DNA of 63,953 nt, filler included, from Octopus bimaculoides (Eukaryota): assembly GCF_001194135.2 (NCBI RefSeq). It is 7 parts of 6 records of this genome, joined end to end, with 100 filler letters (N's around TTAATTAATTAA, not from the genome) between each part and the next. Parts side by side here need not be neighbours in the genome. Positions count along the whole stretch, not along the records: positions 13,004 to 20,332 come from NC_068990.1; positions 20,433 to 37,857 come from NC_068997.1; 5 more parts are not named here. The stretch is one strand, 5' to 3'. The notes beneath the pieces are model-generated. The model ran no database searches and had not been told where the DNA came from. It was given only the letters and a program-made list of their open reading frames with translations. The position numbers and the translations under genes are program-made. Positions 13,205 through 23,789 of the stretch are shown piece by piece; position 1 is the stretch's first letter, and each line of letters opens with the position of its first letter.

Positions 13205-13445
13205 TATGTGTGTGTGCTTGTGTCTTTGTGTTCGTCTTTATACTCCAACACCGCTTCACAACCGGTGCTTGTGTGTTTATGTCCTCGTGAGTTAGTGGTT
13301 CGGCAAAATCGACCGATAAAATGAGTACAAGGCAATCTTTAAACAAAAAGTGAAGTTCTGGGGTCGATTTATTCCACTATAAAACCCCCAAAGCGGCGCC
13401 CCAGCATGGGTGCAGTCTAATTACTGAAACAAGCAAAAGGTGAAA
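13205..13445 (+). mobile_element. SINE family A 3' module after a (TATG)n tract
   Basis: GGTTCGGCAAAATCGACCGATAAAATGAGTAC...CTGGGGTCGATTT...CCCCAGCATGG...CTGAAACAAG. Confidence 0.65.
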
Positions 13446-16400
13446 GATTATATTTCACAGCTAGACATGTGCGTTAATTTTACATTTACTCTTGTGAATA
13501 GACTAAAGAATTACTGCTTGCAAATATTTCGAATAAAAAATAGGTGATTAGAACAAATATACGAAATATATCATAACATTTTCTCATTTAAAATTCCTAT
13601 AAACAACTGTAAATTATAATCATGAAGAAATATTTATTAATGTAAACAATAAGCTAAGCACGAAGCAATTTCAAGCAAAAAGTTTTCAACACAGTCCAAT
13701 TTTCGTTTAGATTGGGAGAAGTCACGAGCAGACATGAATAAAATGAAAAGAATACGGGAATACATGGTGTCGTAGGGGTGTGGCGAACACGAATGATAAG
13801 ATCCGGTCAAGGTGTTTAAAAATGAGTTCAGTTGCAGATGAAAAAATAAGATGGTAAGAGATGATGTCTTACAATCGTGGGAAGGATGTAGATACTGGGG
13901 ATACTTATAAGTGTGAATGGTAGTGATGATGGTTGTAGAAAGACGAAACCGGTAGGAGATAGGTTATTGTATGCTGGCAGTATATTGGTAATTGTAGGCA
14001 AAGGAGACCTTCTTCTCCTGTCGGAAGCACTACACGTCTTATATCTCTCTGCGTATGACCAATAATCTCTAAACAACCATTAGAAGTGTAATTTAGGAAC
14101 CAACCAACAACTCATACTTTGGAAACCTCTATTATTTTCTCAAATGAAGTAACACATGACTTGCAAAGAAGTTAGCACAGAAGAATTTGAAGGCATGCTT
14201 CTATCAAAAGTGTTATCTTTTAATACTCTTTGGATAACTGATTCTATGAAAGCACTCTCTTTAATTTTTGACAGCAATTAAGTTTAGAAATATTAATAAT
14301 GGAAATTCAAATCGTGTCATTTTCTTATTTTGCTCGTGACAGTAACAAATTCCTCCATTGAACGGAGCTTGTCTTGAAGAAGTGGTTAAAATATTTTCTT
14401 TGAGTAAATGTTGTTTATGAGACATCACGCTCTATAATTGTGTTATGTCCTATAGACAGAAAACAGCATTGTTTGGTGATTTTCTTTGTTTGCCTTTTGA
14501 AATACTAATTACTTGAATATTTCCACAAACGGATCGTTGGTGACACTTGTTTGAACTGAAATAAAGACGTATCCTCATTAACATAAGGTTCTTTAAATGC
14601 ACTGAAAGGGCTACGAGGATAGGTTGTCTTACATTTCCATTAATTCATATAAAGCTACCATTCACTTGCAAGCTGCCTTTCATATAAACTGAGCACAATT
14701 TTCAGTAGTTTCACGAGCCACCACTTAAAAATATAAACATTTCATTGTTACGTTTTCGTTAACCGCGTAGTGCCTTTCTACCAAGAGAGAGGTGATGAAT
14801 TCTGTTTTGTTTTTGTTTTTTTAATAATTTTCTAAAGACTTCGCAAGATCGCTCACGTTTTCTTATAGCAAAAGAAAAAAAAAATGAACCTAACCTCTCT
14901 GATTTATGCTCCGAATCTATCAGAAATCCAGTACATTCGGCAATTGCAGCTTCAACAATATCTATTTCATCTGCAGTAGTTTTGAGTCCATCTTGATAGG
15001 AATAAGAAGACAGTGCGTTATATAACGTGACACAAGTTTACGTACTAAGTTTAAATAAATAGTTTACGTCTTTTGAAGAAAACCCTTTAATGCTATCAAA
15101 AAGGAAAAATAACACTCCTGCTCTCTCTCACTATTATTATCGCGTCAAAACTCTGTGATGTGTTAATCTTCTTTAAACAACTTGAAAGTGCCGTACAATC
15201 TAAATGGTGTACCATGGCTTTCTTGGTTACCTCCTCAGGAGTCAAAACATTAGTAAATTTAAAGATAAAAGTGTAAAACAAAATTTGAATTATAAGGAAG
15301 GTAAACAACATAAAACGAAATCAAAACTCATATCTCGAAAAATGTACGTGATAAAGAAAAACGAAAAACAATTTGAAAATCATTTGGAAAAAAATATCAT
15401 AAAAACAGACGAAATCGACTCTGATGAAATTTACTTGTTGACCTGTGTTCCTTGACATTTACGTTAAAGAATAAAATATAATTAAACCGAAATCTAAATT
15501 TAATAGGAAATAAAGGAAAATATTTTTCCTAAACTTAATTTTGCCTGCGGTGACTTTTTTTATTGTTGAATTAATGCAACTGACTTAATCTTTATCGAAT
15601 TTACTCTCCAGCCTAGTTAAATTTTGTCTGAACTATAAAGAGTTAACCAATCGGGTGTTGATAATAAACCATCAAAGTTATACTAAATATAACCATGTGT
15701 AAACTGCTGATAGAAGTAGCATTTGTTGTTGTCGATATTATGTTATAATTGGCAGCTGTTATTGGCAGATACAGTTGAGATTACAGTCGTAACAATAATG
15801 GTAATAGCGTCGGTAATACCGGCTGTAATCAAGGTATTGGTGGTAGTAAGAGGATTAGTTGATAAAGCAGCAGAATTAGTAAAAGTGACAGATCACTTAT
15901 GATACTTGCGGGAGGTATGACTATTATGGTATTTACGTCATAGAAATTTTTGAAACAGCGAGTGAAATGAAATAAATGGCTTTTGAAGGTGGGCATACGA
16001 AGCAGATAATGCTATAATTATTAGCATTCAGAATATTAGCTTAAAAAACCTCTTGGATATAAATAAGGCTAGAGGCTGTCCGTAGGACAGTAACTCACTT
16101 CTTCTGTAAGCATGACAAACCTGCTACCGTTATATCAAAGTAACCCTTCAAATTTTCTTCATCCATTTTAGAAAGTTTGTTTTTACTAGGAAGAAGTATA
16201 TATTGTTTACTTCATATGAAAAATAGAAACTTCTAGAGATAAGAAATATATCATTTTTAACAGTTAAACTCGACTTGAAAAAGTTTATAGGTAATAAGCA
16301 TGTTGAATATTGGGTTAAACCCACTTAGAGGGAAAGGTCAAAGGCTGCTTGTGGGGTACGAACCCATATGTATGAATATGACAGATGTCTTACAATTATA

Positions 16401-18941
16401 TCAAAGTAACACTTTGCATTTTCTCCATCTACGTGCAGCCTTCGACATTGTCCAGGAAAAGGTTTTGTATTCTAACGTGCAAAATAGCTAGTTCTAAAAT
16501 TTCTAAATGAGATACAAGTAGTAACAATACTAGACGGCAACGTTTTTTGCCACTATAACATGGCTGTTCTATAAAGAACTATGTTACTACATTTTAGCCC
16601 CAGGCAAACGTCTTTTCCAGTTGGTTAATTACACACAACCTGTGTCCAAGATATTGTGGGGAAGGGAGCGAATCACTACCCTCTAGCTTGACAAGACCAG
16701 TAGACAATGGTGTCTGGGTCTTTACCCTTCATTGGTACTAGACACCTTCTTGCTAGAGATGACACTCAAGCGTCCCTACTCATAATATATACATAGAGAA
16801 GCGGCGCACAGCCGCTGATCACGTAACGAGTAAAATAGCTAGTTCTAAAATCTCTAAATGAGATATAAGTAGCAAAATACTAGACGGTAACGCTTTTTGC
16901 CACTATAACATGGCTGTTCTATAAAGAACTATGTTACTACATTCTAATCCCATGAAAAAGTCTATAAGTGGTTATTTATAGCTTCATCTAAATGAATATC
17001 CACCGTTAAAAACGATTATTACATGGTATAACAATAATATTAGAGATATGGCTGCATGGACTTAATACTCCTAGCAGCGTTACGCAAATCATTTAACAGG
17101 TATATAATATAGAGTAACGAATCTAAACAGCTATTCACTATATAACTATATCTCTCTCAGACGGCATTGGTAGCTGCGTGTAAGTTGCTTAATAAAGGCT
17201 TCAATTTGAGATGAAACTGGTCTCGTTTCATAGTGTATCCGATTATGCTTGACAGTAAAATGTTTAAAATGTGTATTGCTTTTTATTAAATATTCTTTAT
17301 TGTACTTTTTAGATTATTAATCATAAGCATCACTAATTAAATGCAGATAATTTGTGCATCAATAATTAAATGATAACAAGTGTCATGACATATACATCGT
17401 CATCATGATGGTAGTAATGTTGTTATTTAAGATAAACGTGGCGGTTTTCATGCAAGAATAAAGACAATTAATGGTGATAATTATGGTGATACTGATGGTG
17501 GTACTTGCAAAAACAGTTAAAGTGAAACATTGTTTTTGCTGCAATAATGTTACGATTGTTATGGTTATTCTATGAAAGTTGTTGGCGATGTTGATGAAGA
17601 AGCTAAATAATAATGCTGTTAAGTTATCGTTGTTACAGTGAGTTATTCTAGAAGTTGAACTATCATTCACGGTCATTTCATTAAAATTTGATATTCTCAA
17701 TCATTATATTTTACTATCATCCATCTTATATTTCACTAAATATTTTTGAGGAAGAAGATATAGTGAAGATGAGTTATCTAGAGGTGAGAGTATTGGACAT
17801 ACGATCGTAAAATCGTAGTTTCGATTTCCGGACCGAGTGGTGCGTCACGTTTTTGAGCAAAAGGTCTTATTTCAGATTGTTTCAAACCACTCATTTGTAA
17901 AGGAGTTCCAGTAATAGTGAGGAAGTTAACCCTTCTATTACCTGGCTTCCAGTTCAGTAGAGGTGACTGTTGTATTCTTACTTATATAGCACTGAAACCA
18001 AGACAAGCACTGAGTTTATCAGTCCAAAGGCTCATGACAGACTTAAGCCCTAAAACCAGTAAAACAAGCTAATTTTGCGTCTTTCGTCCCTCTGAATAAA
18101 TCAACCTCACTAATGTATTAACTAATAGCGATCTTACTGTTTTGAGATGAAAAGCAAGTGGGCATCCCAAACATTTTGCCTTCATTCATTGTACTTATTC
18201 TTACGCATTTCTCTTTTCGGGAAACATTAGTTAGAAAATGCATGAAAGAGAATTGACCAGAATAGTTTGTACAACTTTGAAAACGAGGTACTCAAAACTT
18301 GGCGCCTAAATGTATTTGTACAGAGAAATTTTCATTCTGATCATATTTATTTTACTAATGACATGTAGGTACGTGATATACCGTTACGCAACAATAGTAT
18401 ACTATAAAGTATATTAAACGTTTTTATAAGTCAATACCGCGTTCACCTGCATTAGCTGTGCACTTTTACATTAAGGTTATCTTTACAGATATTCTGTAGA
18501 AATTATAGCCAACATTGATTTTTCTACAACGTTTCGTTTACGAGACGTCAGATGTAAACAAACAATGTTCGTATATACCATATATGCTTTTTTGCCCCTT
18601 CATCGGCAACCATCTAACCCATTAATCATCTTCGAACACATTGCTTAAATAGCCACTATATACATAGTGTATAGTTATTGAATAAACGACGTTACGTATT
18701 AAACGCATTCCTGGGAAGCTAGTACGTAAATACTAGTGACTTGTAGATTTGTGATATTTCGTTATGCAACCATAATATGCTATAAAGTATATTCAACATT
18801 GTTATAGGTTAATAACGCGTTTTACTGCGCTAGCAGTGCGCTGTTACATTTTTGGTTAAGGTTATCTTATCTCTACAGATACTCTGTAGAAATTATAGCC
18901 AACACTGATTTTGTTACTATGTTTCTCATAGATGTATGTAT

Positions 18942-19725
18942 AGGCGCAGGAGTTGCTGTGTGGTAAGATGCTCGCTTCCCAAAGACATGGTTCCCAGTCC
19001 AGTCCCACCAGCGTGCCAAAATGAGCAAGTGTCTCTTACTATAGCTTGAGGTCTACCAAAGCCTACAGTGTTAAATGTTCGAACAAAATTTGCTAGAGCT
19101 AATATAAAACTGTCATTGCTCAACCAGAATTGAACTTCACTTTTTCAAAAAGCAATAAATACAAACTAACAAAAGTGTTGCTTGGTAGACAGAAACTGAA
19201 AGACGCCCGTAGTTTATATGTGTATATATATATATATATATACGTGTGTGTGTGTGTATAGATATATGTGTGTGTGTGTGCGTGCGTATGCATATATATA
19301 TANNNNNNNNNNNNNNNNNNNNNNNNNNNNNNNNNNNNNNNNNNNNNNNNNNNNNNNNNNNNNNNNNNNNNNNNNNNNNNNNNNNNNNNNNNNNNNNNNN
19401 NNNNNNNNNNNNNNNNNNNNNNNNNNNNNNNNNNNNNNNNNNNNNNNNNNNNNNNNNNNNNNNNNNNNNNNNNNNNNNACACATATATATATGCATAGAG
19501 AGAAAGAGGGATAACTAGATATACATATATATGTATGTATCTATGTGTGTGTTTTTGTGTCTGTGATTATCGCCTACCACCTCTTGACAACTGGTGTTGG
19601 CGTATTTACATCTCCGCAAAAAATAGGTACGGGGTCGATTTGTTAAACTAACACCCTTCATGACTGTGCCCCAGCATGGCCACGGTCCCATAAATGAAAC
19701 AAGTAACACCTGAAAGCTGCAAAGT
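18942..19725 (+). mobile_element. Composite SINE family A (head, extra insert, microsatellite and gap, 3' module)
   Basis: Head AGGCGCAGGAGTTGCTGTGTGGTAAG at 18942, GGTAGACAGAAACTGAAAG at about 19185, 3' module at 19550-19725. Confidence 0.65.
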
Positions 19726-19973
19726 AAGAGACACATATGTGCACACACATGCGAGCACACACACATATTACAAAACATGATTGATTATAAGATATTTAAT
19801 TACGCCATCTTATGTTTGTTAGATTAACGTAAGGTGATTATTGGTTATATAACGAAAAATTATCAAATGCGCATACGCAATCAATGCTTATTGCTGGATC
19901 GTTACAGATATGTAATTATGTAACGTAATATTGTATAACATTCACATAATTATTATCTTATGCCAATAGAACT

Positions 19974-19989
<16 letters not shown>

Positions 19990-20007
<18 letters not shown>

Positions 20008-20332
20008 CATTCTTTTATTACATTACTTACATTATTTACATTATTTACATTTGACGGATATTTGTCCTCATCTTGTTTGTTGTTAACACAACGTTTCGGC
20101 TGATATACCCTCCAGCCTTCGTCAGGTGTCTTCGTCAGCTGTGGTAGGTTATACAAAGGCGAAACATGTTGCCCCCTCAAAATAAGGGTAGAAGAACATC
20201 GCAAAGCTGTGACACGAGGAGATATTGATAAATCGGGTATAGCTGATCATGTATGGCAAAATGGAGACCACATCCCCCTGTGGGATGAAGTTAAAATGAT
20301 AGGCAGCGAACAACACTGGAAAATACGAAAAC
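19990..20332 (+). mobile_element. Penelope-like element: inverted pseudo-LTR (about 19990-20131, -) fused to a GIY-YIG endonuclease fragment (about 20137-20332, +)
   Basis: SCGRLYKGETCCPLKIRVEEHRKAVTRGDIDKSGIADHVWQNGDHIPLWDEVKMIGSEQHWKIRK is the C-terminal half of a PLE GIY-YIG domain. The upstream segment carries a hammerhead on the opposite strand. The 3' end falls in a gap. Confidence 0.85.
20085..20130 (-). ncRNA. Minimal type I hammerhead ribozyme (Penelope-type)
   Basis: 5'-GACAC CUGACGA A GGCUG gaggguauau CAGCC GAAAC GUU GUGUU-3'. 5-bp stem I, CUGANGA and GAAA core, 5-bp stem II, palindromic loopless stem III (AACGUU), cleavage triplet GUU. Confidence 0.8.
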
Positions 20333-20432
20333 NNNNNNNNNNNNNNNNNNNNNNNNNNNNNNNNNNNNNNNNNNNNTTAATTAATTAANNNNNNNNNNNN
20401 NNNNNNNNNNNNNNNNNNNNNNNNNNNNNNNN

Positions 20433-20762
20433 ACCACCAGATAAGGGATCGGGGGACCCTGTCAAAGGCTTTCTCCATGTCAACGAAAGCCAGGTACAGA
20501 GGTTTATCCTTAGCTAGGTATTTCTCCTGCAACTGTCTCACTAGAAATAAGGCATCATTAGTGCTTTTACCTGGCACGAACCCAAACTGCATCTCATCTA
20601 AATTGATTCGCTCCCTAATTAGTTGGGCTATGACCCTCTCTGTAACTTTCATAACCTGATCTAACAGCTTGATGCCTCTGTAATTATTTGTATCTAAAGC
20701 GTCACCTTTACCTTTGTAGCAGTTGACTATGATGCTGCTACACCAGTCATTGGGTATGACTA
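20433..20762 (-). mobile_element. RTE LINE reverse-transcriptase fragment
   Basis: VIPNDWCSSIIVNCYKGKGDALDTNNYRGIKLLDQVMKV...LYLAFVDMEKAFDRVPRSLIWW, nearly identical to part of 26724-27725. Confidence 0.95.
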
Positions 20763-20847
20763 TGTACATATATGTCTGTGTATATGCATATACATATATA
20801 TTATTTATATTATATGATTGAATGCCATGCATCCATTTCCAAGTAAG

Positions 20848-20881
<34 letters not shown>

Positions 20882-21434
20882 AAAGAAAAGGATAAAGAGA
20901 CCAATGGCAAAGTTAGAATTATATTTTATGGATAAAGTCTTAAAGCTGTTTCAGGGAAAATCCAATGTATCCCTTCATCGGAGACGGTAATAGTAGAAGA
21001 ATGGATTATTACATCTATAAGAGCAGAGTTGTAGTAGGAAGTGAGAGCGATGCGTAGAAGAAAGAACAAATAAGAAAAGTACTTGGAGTATAGTTCCATT
21101 CCAACAGTAAACATCCATGTAAAGAATCCTTGTGGGTATTTTCCGGAGATAATTGTAGTAGCAAAGGTGGATATATATCATATCTTATCCGGAGTACTCT
21201 GTGCATTGTTTACTCAAAGGATAGCCCAAATCAAGTGATATATATATATATATGTGTGTGTGCATAAACACACACACACATATATTACTCCACCATCCCC
21301 GGTTTGTGGCCTTCTAATTGTAATCCTATGGATTACTATGTGTGAGGTGTGGTTGAGAAAGACACCAACTGCTCTGCCTGCAACACCACAGCTGAGCTGG
21401 TGACCAAGGTCAAGAAGGGATCTTTTTTAAAACG

Positions 21435-21756
21435 GGGGCCACATTTTTCATTAACGAAACACTTTGAAACTTGGAACACTGGTAGAATGTGTCATATAAA
21501 ACATCTTTTTCTCTTAGTCTTCTTTAAAAAAAAAGAAATCCATAAATTATTCCATGTTAAAGTTGTCGTATTTCTGTAATTTCAACCAATCACTGACGTC
21601 CATTCAGCCGACATACATTAAGTGCCGACTACATAAACAAACGATTCTGAAACAATTAATCCTAACCCTAACCCTAGGGTTAGGGTTAGGGTTAAAGCAA
21701 ATTTAAAATGAAAAAAGCAAATAAAACGAAGAATCGTTTGTTTATGTGGTCGGCAC
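21435..21756. mobile_element. MITE/foldback family member with an internal telomeric-repeat palindrome
   Basis: 21445-21610 matches the reverse complement of 59265-59450. 27-bp inverted repeats at 21622-21648 and 21730-21756 (1 mismatch) flank (CCCTAA)n(TTAGGG)n at 21656-21695. Confidence 0.65.
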
Positions 21757-22182
21757 NNNNNNNNNNNNNNNNNNNNNNNNNNNNNNNNNNNNNNNNNNNN
21801 NNNNNNNNNNNNNNNNNNNNNNNNNNNNNNNNNNNNNNNNNNNNNNNNNNNNNNNNNNNNNNNNNNNNNNNNNNNNNNNNNNNNNNNNNNNNNNNNNNNN
21901 NNNNNNNNNNNNNNNNNNNNNNNNNNNNNNNNNNNNNNNNNNNCTTGGAAGGAACAGTGGATTAGGAATCACCTATAGTGTATGAACAGATGCTTCACTT
22001 TATTGGCATTTTATTTTGGTAACAAATATTTGCAAGCATTCCTTTTAACAAAAGAGTTTCTTTGTACTTCAGTATATATGTATATCTTTTTCTTCTTTTT
22101 ATTTAGTGGCATTCTTTCTAGAAAGTGGGAGTTGGTTTCTAACAAAGAAATATATATGTATGCATGCATATGTATGTATGTA

Positions 22183-22232
<50 letters not shown>

Positions 22233-22379
22233 AATAATATATGAGTATATGCATGCACACACACACATAGACATCTGTAAGTAGAGGGAGTATGTGTTAC
22301 AGATAGTGTGGTTTAAGCAACATAACTAATCAAACCCACATCTCAGCTATGGAGACACATTCGTATACATTGATAAATA

Positions 22380-22860
22380 TGAGATGGTATCAAAAAGTTC
22401 CTAGACTAGTTCTGTAATGCACCAACAGATGGCAGCACATGGTTGCATGCACGGTGAGAGCTAACAGTGACCTTCATGGGACAGTGTGCCAAGTGACAAC
22501 ACTGTATTTACTTCAAAAGTTGTGAAATTTGTTTTTGTGATGATGTGTATGCTGTTGTCTGTTATTTTGTCATGGACAGGAACAAAGAGCCAACATCAAA
22601 TTTTGCATTAGACGTGATGCAGAGACATTGAGCATGCTTTAGAAGCTTATGGTGATGAGGCAATAGGCCATATGGAATGTTTCAAGTGGTACAGATGCTT
22701 CAAAAACAGAAGAACATCACTAGAATACAATCAACAGTCTGGAAGACCTGCCACAAGCATCACCCCCAGAAATGTAATATTGTGCACTGAGAATTTGTCC
22801 CCCAGGGCCAGATCATTAATCGAGAGTTCTAATGTGACATTTTGAAGCATTAGAGGGAGG
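22380..22860 (+). mobile_element. Internally deleted mariner element
   Basis: TA|TGAGATGGTATCAAAAAGTTCC..ACT terminus. Transposase N-terminus (..ANIKFCI..LEAYGDEAI..CFKWY..FKNRRTSLE...SGRPATS) joined to a ..EFVPQGQ..N segment. Confidence 0.7.
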
Positions 22861-22931
22861 ACATTTAGTGAAGATGACTGGTTCTGTGGAGCATTACTGA
22901 AGTTTTTTCTTTTTCTTAGAATTATATATAT

Positions 22932-23331
22932 ATAAAGTGTAGTATGTTGCCACTTAAGTGTGGCTGACCCCTAGGGGTGGATGTTACTGTTGCTTTTAGC
23001 CCCAGGAGGACATCTCCTCCAGCTGGCTTATCGACACACGACTGTGTCCTGTTTGCCAAGGGAAGTTATCCCTCTCACCTCGATCTGCAGCACGAACGTA
23101 TCCGGATTTCAGGGTCATCAGCTGTCGGACGCCGACGAAGGGAAATAACCCTGAAATCCGGATACGTTCGTGCTGCAGATCGAGGTGAGAGGGATAACTT
23201 CCCTTGGCAAACAGGACACAGTCGTGTGTCGATAAGCCAGCTGGAGGAGATGTCCTCCTGGGGCTAAAAGCAACAGTAACATCCACCCCTAGGGGTCAGC
23301 CACACTTAAGTGGCAACATACTACACTTTAT
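22932..23331. mobile_element. Foldback element with 184-bp arms and 32-bp spacer; probable tail-to-tail Penelope-type pLTR insertion
   Basis: 22932-23115 is the reverse complement of 23148-23331 with no mismatch seen; the mirrored 96-aa ORFs in the track agree. The spacer plus the start of the right arm form a hammerhead fold. Confidence 0.85.
23119..23175 (+). ncRNA. Type I hammerhead-like ribozyme with variant core (U4C)
   Basis: CAGC ugu CGGACG | CCGACGA | AGGG aaauaa CCCU | GAAA UCCGGA UA | CGUUCG u GCUG. Stem I is 6 bp plus 4 bp beyond an internal loop, stem II is 4 bp, stem III is palindromic (AUCCGGAU), triplet AUA. Confidence 0.6.
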
Positions 23332-23402
23332 CGTGCAGTTACTGTTAATACTTCATTTAGAGAATTAACATTGCTTATATATATATATATATATATGTAT
23401 AT

Positions 23403-23403
<1 letters not shown>

Positions 23404-23462
<59 letters not shown>

Positions 23463-23466
23463 GCAG
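23404..23466 (+). promoter_or_regulatory. T57 polypyrimidine tract and 3' splice acceptor
   Basis: 57 T followed by GCGCAG. Branch-like TTAAC at 23365-23369. No AG between 23364 and 23464. Confidence 0.6.
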
Positions 23467-23789
23467 GTGAACAGATAACAAATCCTGGAACCAGAACTGA
23501 ATTGAAGAAATTTGCTACTATCGCTCGAACTGAAAATCGTAATCACTATAACCAATTTGATAATAATAGTTCAGTAGTTTTTTCAAGATCCAAAACCTAT
23601 GATGATATTAAATCTTGCTCTCAACTTTCTTCTAAAAAGTCGAACATTTCTCAGGGATCAGAAACACAGTCCATAACTGAACCTATACGATACCAACCAC
23701 AGCTTCACTTACACAAGTATAAAGAACAGACATCAGCTTTCCATAAGAAGAAATTACTTGGTCCTTGTTTAAAAGAATCTTCAGTATGA
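23467..23789 (+). CDS. Probable terminal coding exon of an unidentified gene (phase 1; C-terminus ...LLGPCLKESSV*)
   Basis: Frame is open from the acceptor (xGT GAA CAG ATA...) for 106 codons to TGA at 23787-23789. Non-repetitive Ser/Lys/Asn-rich sequence with no TE motif. AATAAA at 23861 and 23925. Upstream exons were not identified. Confidence 0.6.

Noticed and set aside
13780-14090. Possible APE endonuclease remnant on the minus strand
   Set aside because: Only a weak SIY.P-like motif; insufficient.
21656-21695. Ancient telomere-telomere fusion site
   Set aside because: The orientation is (CCCTAA)n(TTAGGG)n, the reverse of an end-to-end fusion. It has few units and lies inside a transposon.
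23098-23124. Canonical CTGATGA...GAAA on the minus strand of the foldback centre
   Set aside because: Only CCCT lies between CTGATGA and GAAA, so there is no stem II, and stem I does not pair. Probably created by the inversion junction.
22977-23286. Mirror-image 96-aa ORFs MDVTVAFSPRR...
   Set aside because: A by-product of the palindrome; no recognisable domain.
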